Shown: in pieces, positions 29,105-37,968 of the stretch | Layout of the letters: the number at the start of each line of letters is the position of its first letter | Position numbering within the stretch: position 1 is the first letter of the stretch | Assembly (NCBI GenBank): GCA_965222375.1 | Contig: CBDCTZ010000014.1 | Span: 736,001-800,000, forward strand | Length of the DNA: 64,000 nt | Direction of reading: 5' to 3' | Source: Polyangiaceae bacterium | GTDB lineage: Bacteria > Myxococcota_A > Polyangia > Polyangiales > Polyangiaceae | Translations under genes and position numbers: made by a program | The notes under the pieces: generated by a model | The model's database searches: none | What the model saw: the letters and a program-made list of their open reading frames with translations, nothing else | Told to the model about the DNA's origin: nothing

Positions 29105-29572
29105 ATGGCCACCTATCTCACCCGCGCTGGCTATCAGAAGATCGCCGACGAGCTGCAGGGACTCGTAGGAAGCGAGCGGCCCAAGGTCGTGCAGGAAGTG
29201 CAAGATGCCGCCGCCCAAGGAGATCGCAGCGAGAACGCCGAGTACATCTACGGCAAGAAGCGCCTGCGGGAAATCGATCGCCGGATCCGCTTCTTGACCA
29301 AGCGCCTGGATACGGCGGTCGTGGTGACCGACGAAAGCCGCAACAAGGACGTCGTCTTCTTCGGCGCCACCGTCGACGTGGAGGACGAGAACGGCAAGAA
29401 GAGTCGCTACACTATCGTCGGCCCGGACGAGGCGAACCCGGAAAAGAGACTGCTCAGCTTCAAGTCGCCCCTTGGGCGCGCGTTGATGAAGAAGAAAGTG
29501 GGCGATGTGGTCGTCGTCGATCGGCCTGCGGGCGAGATCGAAATCGAGATCTTGGCCATCGGCTACGACTGA
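29105..29572 (+). CDS. greB: Transcription elongation factor GreB
   Basis: GDRSENAEYIYGKKRLREIDRRIRFL signature. Confidence 0.95.
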   Translation: MATYLTRAGYQKIADELQGLVGSERPKVVQEVQDAAAQGDRSENAEYIYGKKRLREIDRRIRFLTKRLDTAVVVTDESRNKDVVFFGATVDVEDENGKKSRYTIVGPDEANPEKRLLSFKSPLGRALMKKKVGDVVVVDRPAGEIEIEILAIGYD

Positions 29573-29592
29573 GCGCGCGTGCCTTGCCCGGC

Positions 29593-30102
29593 TCAAAACG
29601 CAAAATCGCAGTGCTGGCCCGTGACGAAACCGCGGGCGCGAGCCCGCTGCACGAGGTCGCCGCTGAAGAACACTTCGATTTCGATCTTCTCGTATGAGCA
29701 ACCCTTGGGCTGCTGGAACCGCCACGGGTTGTCCTTTCGGTCGGCAGGCTCGCCGTAACAACTCACGACATGTTTGCGATCGGTTCCAGCCAGCTCTGGT
29801 ATGGTCTTCCAGCCAAACATCCCCCGGGGCGGGAACTTGGGACAGCCCTTCAGGGATGCGGGGCTTGCCGGTTCGGGCACGTAGGGCTCACTGATGTCGA
29901 CTACGAGGGCGTCCGCGCCACCGTCCAAGCTAGCCTCGCCGCCGCCCGCGTCAGGACCCTCCGCCGGCTCGACGGACGACTCTGCTACGGCCGATGTCGA
30001 CGGCCGCGAAGGATCGCTTCCGGGGTCCGCGGGCGCCCGGCGCCCGGGATCGCTGGGACAAGCCGTCATCAGCAGCCCGCAGAGCCCCAGCGCCCAGCGC
30101 AT
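29593..30102 (-). CDS. Hypothetical lipoprotein
   Basis: MRWALGLCGLLMTAC lipobox; TGATG overlap with the upstream gene. Confidence 0.65.
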   Translation of the reverse strand: MRWALGLCGLLMTACPSDPGRRAPADPGSDPSRPSTSAVAESSVEPAEGPDAGGGEASLDGGADALVVDISEPYVPEPASPASLKGCPKFPPRGMFGWKTIPELAGTDRKHVVSCYGEPADRKDNPWRFQQPKGCSYEKIEIEVFFSGDLVQRARARGFVTGQHCDFAF

Positions 30103-30701
30103 CAATTGTACGCAGGCTGCGCCGCGGGCTGCGCCGGCAGATCGTAGTCGTCCTGATACTCGGACCGCACCTTGCCCTGAGGATCGAGCAGCCAAGTCGG
30201 CGCATGACGCCGGGGCACGCGGATCTTGCTGTGGGGCAGATGAGTTCCGAATAGATGATCCCAGATCGGGCTCGTCACCCCGTGGTTCATGTTCGGGTTC
30301 GTGAAGTGATGAGCCAGGTGGTTGCGCCTAGCCCAGCGCGAATAGGGCCCGATGGGCGCATGGGTGTGGGTGCGGCGATGGATGACCTCGTAGCTCGTGT
30401 AGGCGACGCCAAAGCCCAACGCGAAGGAGATGCCGTGGCGCGGTCCGACGAATAGCGAACTGATTGCTGCGAGGGCCGGAACCGCAATCGAGGCCGCCCG
30501 CACCTTGTGCGGCGTGGGCGTGAAGTAGCGCGTGTCCGTGTGGTGCGCTTGATGCTCGCTTCCAAAGTCTCCATCGAGCACGCCACGTTTGCCACTGCGC
30601 TTGCTGGCGCGGGGCCCATGGCCGACGAAACGATGCAGGGTGTATTCGGCGAGGCTCCAGGTGGCGGCGCCGGCGGCAAAGGCAAGGCTGGACACGAACA
30701 T
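30102..30701 (-). CDS. Fatty acid hydroxylase / sterol desaturase family protein
   Basis: EYTLHRFVGH, HQAHH, HRRTH, HLAHH and NHGVTSPIWD motifs. Confidence 0.9.
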   Translation of the reverse strand: MFVSSLAFAAGAATWSLAEYTLHRFVGHGPRASKRSGKRGVLDGDFGSEHQAHHTDTRYFTPTPHKVRAASIAVPALAAISSLFVGPRHGISFALGFGVAYTSYEVIHRRTHTHAPIGPYSRWARRNHLAHHFTNPNMNHGVTSPIWDHLFGTHLPHSKIRVPRRHAPTWLLDPQGKVRSEYQDDYDLPAQPAAQPAYN

Positions 30702-30717
30702 GACTTTCGACTCCTGA

Positions 30718-31413
30718 CTAATTATTGGACGATTGGGGCGGCGTGCGCCCGGTTTTTTCTAGGCTTTGGGGGCTGGCCCCCCAACCGATGAGCAGGCTGC
30801 GGAGGGTGGCTTCGCCCAGTGCCTGCGCATCGAAGTGCTGTCGATCGAAGCGCGCGAGCTTTCCCAGCTGACAGACGCCCTGCATGGCGGCCCACAGCAT
30901 CACCGCGCGCTGGGAAGCACTTCCGGAGCAGAGTGCGCCTTGCTCCTCGGCCTGACGAATCAGCGTGGCCATATCCGCCAGAAACGACATGATCGCCGGC
31001 GCAGACATGCGCACCGCTTCATCGTCCTGCACGAAAGGCCTCGGATCGCTCAGTAGCTCCGTGATCAGTCGGTAGGCCTCGGGCTCTTCTTCCGGCAGAG
31101 CCAAGTAAAAGCGCCCCGCGCGCAGGATCGGCATCAGCTCACTCTCGCCCTCGCGTGTTTCGCCAACGGCCGCGGCGAAACGAGGATGCAACGCCTCGAT
31201 GGTCTTGCGCTGCAGTTCGGCGATGAGCGCATCCTTGGAGTCGAAGTAGCGGTACAGGGCCGCGGGCACCAAATCGAAATCCCGCGCCAGCCGCCCCAGG
31301 GTCAAGGCGTCGATGCCTTCCTCCCCGATCAGCCGCTGCGCGTGGTCGAGCATCCGCGCGCGTCTGCGATTCTTGCGGCTTTTTCGCCGATCTGCTGAGT
31401 GAGTATCCGTCAC
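30718..31413 (-). CDS. TetR/AcrR-family regulator
   Basis: GIDALTLGRLA...ALYRYFDSKDAL HTH. Confidence 0.9.
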   Translation of the reverse strand: MTDTHSADRRKSRKNRRRARMLDHAQRLIGEEGIDALTLGRLARDFDLVPAALYRYFDSKDALIAELQRKTIEALHPRFAAAVGETREGESELMPILRAGRFYLALPEEEPEAYRLITELLSDPRPFVQDDEAVRMSAPAIMSFLADMATLIRQAEEQGALCSGSASQRAVMLWAAMQGVCQLGKLARFDRQHFDAQALGEATLRSLLIGWGASPQSLEKTGRTPPQSSNN

Positions 31414-31416
31414 TAC

Positions 31417-31433
31417 AGTGAAGAGTATTCACT
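31417..31433. promoter_or_regulatory. Probable TetR operator
   Basis: AGTGAA-GAGTA-TTCACT immediately upstream of the TetR start. Confidence 0.55.
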
Positions 31434-31480
31434 ATTTTGGTTCCGTCAATGGATGTTCGACTTTTCCACCGCTTCATCGG

Positions 31481-31532
31481 GGTTTTTGGGGGTCGCATCC
31501 CTGGTTCGGAGTGTGAGCCCGCCTTTCGAACC
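31481..31532 (-). repeat. Dispersed bipartite intergenic motif, degenerate copy e
   Basis: Reverse complement contains GGATGCGACCCCCAAAAAC, identical to 45232-45250; head degenerate. Confidence 0.55.
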
Positions 31533-31552
31533 AGGAACATCTCCCGGAGAGG

Positions 31553-31658
31553 GTCGGAGCTGCGCAATCTCCGGGGCGCCGGGCCGTCGTGGAGCTCGAT
31601 GTCCTTGACGGGATCACGCTCAGAGTCGGAGCTGCGCAATCTCCGAGGCGCCGGGCCG
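31553..31658. repeat. Two 34-bp direct repeats, period 72
   Basis: GTCGGAGCTGCGCAATCTCCGRGGCGCCGGGCCG at 31553 and 31625. Confidence 0.85.
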
Positions 31659-31800
31659 CCTTGGCCGCGCCCTGGTCCGAGCCAAGGGATGTCCGATTCT
31701 ATCGAGTGAGGAGGACGTGCTCAGGGTGGTACCTGGAGCAACTGAATTGGGGTCCTTTGCGTGGACCGGTTCCCGGACTCTTCAGCGTTTTGGTGCACTG

Positions 31801-32490
31801 ATGAACTTGAACATTCTTTCCAGAGCCCGCCGCATCTTGGCGATCTCGACAGCGTGCATTGCAACGGGTGCTCCCGCCTGCTCGTCGGGGGGCGTAGACG
31901 GAGGCGCTGGTGGAACAAGCACGGGAAGCGCGAGTGGCGCAATGGGCGGCGCCGGCGCCACCGGCTCTGGAGGAGGCGGCGGGAAGATCCCAAGCCTTTT
32001 GGCACCTTGTGAACCGACCGAGGCGAGTGCCTGCTCGGACCAAGGCCAGGTCCTCACCTGTGAGCTGAAAGAGGGCAGTTACAAATGGGTGCACAAAGAG
32101 GCTTGCTCCGCGTCCGACGGCAAGGAGTGCAAGACGTCCGCGCGCGGCGCCTACTGTGGTTGCGAACCGAGCAAAGTGACTTGCGAGGATTTCGGTGGTG
32201 TCCAGCCCTCGTTGCAAACCTGTTTCGGGACGGTCGACTGCGGTCGACTAAACGCTTTCTCCTGCGACACTGACTGCTTGTGCAGCGATGGGTCACGCCC
32301 GGTACGCCAGTTCGGGGACCACCCAGATTGGGGGGACTACTGCTTCTACACATGCCTGGGTGGCGTTAGTGGCGAGGAAGCTTCTGTGCTCTGCTTCATG
32401 CCGGAAGGAGAGGCGTGCCCATCCAGTCTGCGGGAGTGTGTGGAACGCGCGACGAAAGTTACGGATGGCAACAATAAACCGCTCCCATGA
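31801..32490 (+). CDS. Cys-rich lipoprotein
   Basis: APAC lipobox, Gly-rich linker, many Cys. Confidence 0.7.
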   Translation: MNLNILSRARRILAISTACIATGAPACSSGGVDGGAGGTSTGSASGAMGGAGATGSGGGGGKIPSLLAPCEPTEASACSDQGQVLTCELKEGSYKWVHKEACSASDGKECKTSARGAYCGCEPSKVTCEDFGGVQPSLQTCFGTVDCGRLNAFSCDTDCLCSDGSRPVRQFGDHPDWGDYCFYTCLGGVSGEEASVLCFMPEGEACPSSLRECVERATKVTDGNNKPLP

Positions 32491-32610
32491 ACCACAAGTC
32501 CGCTCGATGTGCGCCCGGAGTAGCGCCATCGCGGAGTAGGCTCCAGTTGCGGTGCGTGCGGTCAGCCGCGAAGCGCGACTGCCGCGACTCCAAAGAAGAC
32601 TCGTGCGGAG

Positions 32611-34152
32611 TCAGGGTACGCAGACGCGGATGGGGGTCGCGGAGCTGACGAGGCTTGCGTCGGTCGCCAGCTGGCCCGAGCCGTTGCCACCCCAGCACCA
32701 CATGCTACCGCCTGCTCGGATCGCGCAGCCCGAGGTCTTGCCAATGCGCACCTGGATGTAGCTCGTGAAGTCCCCGAGCTGAGTCAGTGACCTGACTTGC
32801 TGCCCATCGGGGACGCCAGCTTGGCTGGTGGAGTTGTTTCCGAAGCAGAAGATGGCGCCACCGAAAGCTTCCGTTCCAGCGCGCCGCAGGGCGCGCGCGC
32901 AGGTCAGGTTGTCGCCAGTAACAACTTCTTCCCAAAACCTCGTATCGTCCACCAAGCGAGGCAATGCCTGCGACTTGGACTGCGCTTCACCCAGCCCCAG
33001 TTGGCCGTCCTTGTTTCCGCCCCAGCACCAGAGCGTACGGTCGCTCTGAGTGATGGCGCAGCTGTGAAACGAGCCGGCGGCTGCGTCGTGTACGCTCGTC
33101 TTCGGCATTGGCGTCTGGATGCCGCAAGTGACGTCTTCGAGTGTGCCAATGCCCAGTTGACCCTGTTGGTTCATGCCCCAGCAAGTCAACTCGTCGGAGA
33201 GATCGACCGCGCAGACGTGATGGTTGTACATCGACAACTTCCGGTAGCGGCGATGAGGTTCGGGGTCGATGTGGTCTGGCGGGATCTCTGTCTGCGGCCG
33301 CGGCTTGGAGCACGCGCCAAGGGGTCGAGTCTCACCATGGGCGTCGTCACCCCAACAGATGGCGTGGCCGATATCCAAACGGCCACAAGACGTCGAATCG
33401 CCCACGGCGATTTCACCGAAGTTCCAAGCCTCACCGTTCGGGTGTGTGGGCTTGGTCAGGCCGCCCGGAGTGTTCGTGCCAAGACCTAGGGCTTTGCTCT
33501 TGTTCTTGCCCCAGCAATAGCGATTGCCCATGGCCACGTCGTCGCGGATGGCGCAGGTTGAATCTAGGCCAGCGAACACATTGCGCCACTTGAACGAGGG
33601 ATCTCCAACACTCGCAATTGCTGCCGTGTCTGGTTGTACGCCTGGTCCGTTGCCCGTATGTGACGCTGAAACCGCGCCCTGCCCGGCTTGCCCGTACTCG
33701 TTTCGCCCCCAACAAAACAGTCGACTGTTCTGAGTCACGACGCAGACGTGGGCTTGGCCGACGGCGATGTTGCGCGCTGGTTCTTCGGGCACGCACTTGC
33801 CGGCGCTGCAGCTGTCTCCGGCGCAGCTGCATTCGGTGCAGGCTTCGCCCCGAGCGCCGCAGGCTTCGAGGGTGTCCCCTCCGACGCAGCGAGCGCCGTC
33901 CCAGCAGCCGAAACAGCAAACACCTGCACGACAGGTGCCGCGGTCGTCGGCACACGGAGTGCCATCGTTTTCGGATGAACAGCCACCGCGGGTGCACGTG
34001 TTGCTTACGGGATCGCAGCTCAAGCCCTCGGGGCAAGGGCAGGGCAACCCTTCCAGTTCGACATCGTCGAAGGAGCAGCCGACCGCTATGACGGAAAGGC
34101 AAACCGAGGCCGAGCCGAGCAGTGCAAGAAGCGAACGAGCAAGAAGACGCAC
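32611..34152 (-). CDS. RCC1-repeat lipoprotein with Cys-rich N-terminus
   Basis: Repeated H.CA....L.CWG.N..GQLG; start guessed. Confidence 0.88.
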   Translation of the reverse strand: MRLLARSLLALLGSASVCLSVIAVGCSFDDVELEGLPCPCPEGLSCDPVSNTCTRGGCSSENDGTPCADDRGTCRAGVCCFGCWDGARCVGGDTLEACGARGEACTECSCAGDSCSAGKCVPEEPARNIAVGQAHVCVVTQNSRLFCWGRNEYGQAGQGAVSASHTGNGPGVQPDTAAIASVGDPSFKWRNVFAGLDSTCAIRDDVAMGNRYCWGKNKSKALGLGTNTPGGLTKPTHPNGEAWNFGEIAVGDSTSCGRLDIGHAICWGDDAHGETRPLGACSKPRPQTEIPPDHIDPEPHRRYRKLSMYNHHVCAVDLSDELTCWGMNQQGQLGIGTLEDVTCGIQTPMPKTSVHDAAAGSFHSCAITQSDRTLWCWGGNKDGQLGLGEAQSKSQALPRLVDDTRFWEEVVTGDNLTCARALRRAGTEAFGGAIFCFGNNSTSQAGVPDGQQVRSLTQLGDFTSYIQVRIGKTSGCAIRAGGSMWCWGGNGSGQLATDASLVSSATPIRVCVP

Positions 34153-34222
34153 GACTTGACAAAATAGGGGAAAGCCGAGCGTTGTGCTCGTCGAAAATGA
34201 AGGCTCCGGCACCGGGGCGTGG

Positions 34223-35727
34223 CTAGTGCGCCCTTTCGGTAGCCTCGCTGAGTCGCAAAACCGACCAAACATCCGAATGGTCGTCGGTCCGCGGGCGTCG
34301 CGTCACGGACGTCGACAGGGGCTGCCAATCTTTGCGTGAGACGAGCTGATCGAGCCTCTCGCGGCTCGCGGCCAACACTGCCCAGGTCGATGCACTGGTT
34401 CCGTCGCCAGCGGGCGCCGTCGTCTCCTGAATCCGCAGACCGGCCAGGCCGCTGCTTTTGGCGAGGGCGGCCACGACCGAGAGTACGTCCAGGTGGCGAT
34501 TGGACAGATGAAAGGCAAGGACGCCGTCCGCGCGGAGCTTCTTGCGGTACGAGCTCAATGCTTCGACCGTGAGCAGGTGCGCGGGTATCGAGTCGCTGCT
34601 GAAAGCGTCCAAGATCATGGCGTCGTAGCCGCCGTCGTCGGCTTTTGCGAGGGTGAGGCGCGCGTCGCCCAGCACGACGCCGATGGTGGCCCCACGGCTG
34701 CGGGCAGTGCTGAGATAGGTGAAGTAGCGGGTGTCTTCCGCAACCTGTTTCACGAAGGGGTCGATTTCGTAATAGGTGAAGCGGTCGCCGTCCCGGGCGT
34801 ACGCAGCGAGGCTCCCGGCGCCCAGGCCCACCAGGGCGAGGTTGAGACTGTCGCGCTGCTTAAGCAGTCCTGCGAGCACGTCACCAATCGGGCCTTTGCG
34901 ATGGTAGTAAAACGGCGACTGAAAACGAGGCTGAAGCTCAGCAGGTACAACGCAAGGGGAATGACCCAGAGCAGCGGGAATGCCGCGATGTCCGTGGTGA
35001 TGAAGGTCGTCACGCCCAGCATCGCGCTGGATGGAACGAAGGACCACGCCAACCAGCGCACCCGCCTCAACGGGGAGATGCTGCTGGCGGTGGTGACCTT
35101 GGGGGCCGACGCTGCGCTGGCTGCGGGCTGGCTGGCGAGGCGTTGCCACACGCTTGCGCCGGCGGCGAAAGTCAGCACGACCATGACCGCGTAGACCACT
35201 GTCCAACCCGTGCTCTGTTGCTTCAGGGTGAGCTGGGGCTCGAAGACCAGGGGGTAGGCCAGAAGCGCGAGCATGCTGCCGGCATTGCTGGCGGCGTACA
35301 GGAAGTAGGGGTCCTGGGCTTGGGCGTGGGTGGTCAGAGAAAACCAACGCTGCAAGAGCGGACCCGTCGTGCTGACGACGAAGAAGGGTAGCCCCACACT
35401 GACTGCCAGCAGAGTGAGCAGCGCTAGCAGTGGGTTTTCAGCGGTTGGTGGCGCCCACCATTGTGGAACCGCCAACGGAAGCGCGGCGAGCGGCAGCAGA
35501 ATCACCCCGCCGTGCACGAGCATCTGGCGTTTGGGCGGCAACTTCTGGGTGGCGAGGTGCGCGTAGGCGTAGCCCGCCAAAAGCGCGGACTGGAAGAACA
35601 GCATGCAGGTGTTCCAGACTGCCGGCGTGCCGCTGAGTCGCGGCAGGACCATCTTCGCGAACATGGGCTGCACCGCAAACAGCAGCGAAGAGCTCAGAAA
35701 GATGGTCAGGGTCAGCAGCGCCAGCAT
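34223..35727 (-). pseudogene. Fused MFS/spermidine synthase-like protein, internally deleted and frameshifted
   Basis: N-half (LLFAVQPMFAKMVLP, DPYFLYAASNAGS, PLLWVIPLALYLLSF) joins out of frame near 34920 to the C-half (YYH..GP, GLGAG, YEIDP, GDARL, DAFSSDSIP.HLLT.EA). Confidence 0.8.
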
Positions 35728-35748
35728 CCCGTGCGGCGCTAGGCTACC

Positions 35749-36531
35749 CTAATTGCGAGGCTGAGGACTGATACGCGAAGTGATGAAGCCAGCGATTCGT
35801 GGCGCGCGGTTCGCTACGTCGTAGATGCGTGGGTAGACCACGCGCGGCGCATCCCGGTCGAGAGCGTTGATGATCGCACGAGCCAGGGGTTCAGGCTTTC
35901 CGATCGGGATCCAATCCCGGGCGCGGCTCTCCTGATATTGGTCGCGAGCCCGACGTTCAAGACCGGAGCTGACCGGGCCAGGGTACACCGTGAGCACCTG
36001 CACGCCCTGGGGCGACAGTTCGATCCGAGCGATCTCCGAGGCATGGGCGAGGCCAGCTTTGGCCGCTCCGTAGTAGCTGCATCCTCGCAAAGGCGTGACC
36101 CCGGCGAGGCTGCTGACGTTGACGACGATGCCGAAGTGTTGCTCCACCATATGGGGAACGAGCAGGTTCATCAGGCGTAGCGGACTCTGCAGGTCGATGG
36201 CGAGGACGAGCTCTGCGCGCTCCCAGGGCGTGGTAGCGAGGGTGCGCACTTCCATGATGCCCGCGCAGTTGATCAGCGCATCGATGGGACCCTCTGCGGC
36301 CTGGGCCTCGTGCACTCGGGCTTCGAGTTGCTCTGGCCGCGCGAGGTCCCACTCGGCGCCGCGGGCGCGAGCACCCACGGCACGCAGAGTCCTGTTCAGG
36401 CCGTCCGCATCCAGATCGACCAGAGTCTGCTTGGCGTTTGGGTAACGCGCGACAAGCTCTCGCGACAGTGCGCCCCCAATGGCGCCCGCCGCACCGGTGA
36501 CCAGGATGTGGGTGGGTTCAGTCGCGGCCAA
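35749..36531 (-). CDS. Short-chain dehydrogenase/reductase
   Basis: TGAAGAIG, NCAG, NVSS and YGAAK motifs; TTG start guessed. Confidence 0.9.
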   Translation of the reverse strand: MAATEPTHILVTGAAGAIGGALSRELVARYPNAKQTLVDLDADGLNRTLRAVGARARGAEWDLARPEQLEARVHEAQAAEGPIDALINCAGIMEVRTLATTPWERAELVLAIDLQSPLRLMNLLVPHMVEQHFGIVVNVSSLAGVTPLRGCSYYGAAKAGLAHASEIARIELSPQGVQVLTVYPGPVSSGLERRARDQYQESRARDWIPIGKPEPLARAIINALDRDAPRVVYPRIYDVANRAPRIAGFITSRISPQPRN

Positions 36532-37081
36532 TGCTGACCGCCTGCTCGCGCGTATCCAATGCGAACCAAAGCACCAGCGCGTCCCCGGCTTTCGTCTTCC
36601 ACATCGCGGGCCCCAGGAATAGTCCCGGCGAGACCTCTCGGATCTCATCGTGGATCTTGCGAATCAGGTTGGGGTTGTCGCGCAGGTCGTAGTCCAGGAT
36701 CAGGGTCTCACGGCCGTCGATACGGGACGGTCCAAGCAGGGTGTGGAACGGGAATAGTTGGTGGCGGCCAAAAAGGTGCACGCGGTTGATGCCCGTGCCC
36801 GTGGTTGCCGACGTTGCGCTGAAGCTCTTGCCGCCCCAGGGAAAACTGGCAGCGGCGGCAAAGCGGCGGAGCGCACGGCCCAGGCGGTTTTGCTCGATCT
36901 TGCGCACCGTGAGCATGCGCCCTCGCGGGTGACCGTCCAAAACATCGAAGTGTTGGGGCAGCTCGCCTCCGCGATAGATTTGCTCCAGCTTTTCGGTGCT
37001 GAGCCGACTCAGCGAGTCGAGACTGTGAGCTTCACGAAGGGTGGCTTTTTTTGGTTGAGTGAATTGTTGTGCTGTTTCCAT
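36518..37081 (-). CDS. Conserved-looking hypothetical protein
   Basis: W.GK.F, LDYD...NP..IR.I.DEIREV.PGLFLG pattern; GGAG RBS. Confidence 0.7.
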   Translation of the reverse strand: METAQQFTQPKKATLREAHSLDSLSRLSTEKLEQIYRGGELPQHFDVLDGHPRGRMLTVRKIEQNRLGRALRRFAAAASFPWGGKSFSATSATTGTGINRVHLFGRHQLFPFHTLLGPSRIDGRETLILDYDLRDNPNLIRKIHDEIREVSPGLFLGPAMWKTKAGDALVLWFALDTREQAVSIGRD

Positions 37082-37094
37082 GTCTCCGGCCCTC

Positions 37095-37694
37095 TCAGCG
37101 CACTGCGAATGCGTTGAAACAAGCGTCACGCGCTTGGTTTACCCGTTCTTCGTCCAGCGTCAGGTAGCCGTGACGCTCGGCTTTGAACAATCCGACGAAT
37201 GCGCCCCAGATGATCGCGAGCAACACGTCCACAGGCACTCTCGGATCAAAAGCGCCCGTACCCTGCAGCTGTAGGCACGCTTCGGCGATGGGCGTGAGCA
37301 CACTCATCTCGAGCGCCTTGCTCTCGGAATCCAAGTAGGCCGCGTGATCTTGCAGCTCGAGGAAGTGAAACGTCGTCGGGTGCTGCCGCGCGAATTGCAC
37401 CATGCGTCCCCAGAACTCGTCGAAGGCCTGCTTGGGTGGTTGGTTCAGATCCACGCCGGTCAGCGCGGCCGCCAGACGGGTTTTCGCTTCGCGAAAGACC
37501 GCGTTGACTAGAGCCTCCTTGCTCTCGAAAAAGCGATACACGCTGCCGGCACTGATACCTGCGCGCTCGGCGACCAGGGGGACTGCGGTGCCATGGAAGC
37601 CCCGCTCTGCGAATAGAGCCAAGGCCGCCTCGAGCAGGCGCTCCCGCTTCTCTGCCTTCTTCTGCTCGATCTTGGTGAGTTCTGCGGCTGTCAC
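37095..37694 (-). CDS. TetR/AcrR-family regulator
   Basis: GFHGTAVPLVAERAGISAGSVYRFFESKEAL HTH. Confidence 0.93.
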   Translation of the reverse strand: MTAAELTKIEQKKAEKRERLLEAALALFAERGFHGTAVPLVAERAGISAGSVYRFFESKEALVNAVFREAKTRLAAALTGVDLNQPPKQAFDEFWGRMVQFARQHPTTFHFLELQDHAAYLDSESKALEMSVLTPIAEACLQLQGTGAFDPRVPVDVLLAIIWGAFVGLFKAERHGYLTLDEERVNQARDACFNAFAVR

Positions 37695-37699
37695 GAAAT

Positions 37700-37715
37700 G
37701 AATGAATATTCATTC
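37700..37715. promoter_or_regulatory. TetR operator
   Basis: Perfect 16-bp palindrome GAATGAATATTCATTC, 5 bp upstream of the TetR start. Confidence 0.75.
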
Positions 37716-37968
37716 TGTTGTCACTTGTCAAGGGAAACTGCGGCTGCACGACGAAAAACCTGGCGCCAGAGCAGATGACCCGGCGCCCCACCATCCGCCC
37801 GTTGGCTGCACGGGCGGAGCGCTGGTCTGCATCGATCCTACGCCGCCTCCGAAGCGTACCTACTTAGATGGTTCTGCCACCTTCCGTGCGCCCCTGTGGT
37901 CCCAGGGTGGTTCCCCGGTTCACCCACGTCCAGGGGAAGGTCGCCTGGGCTATGCTGCCGACGAAACC

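Noticed and set aside
31553..31658. CRISPR array
   Set aside because: Only two repeat units, no cas gene in the window and no typical repeat terminus.
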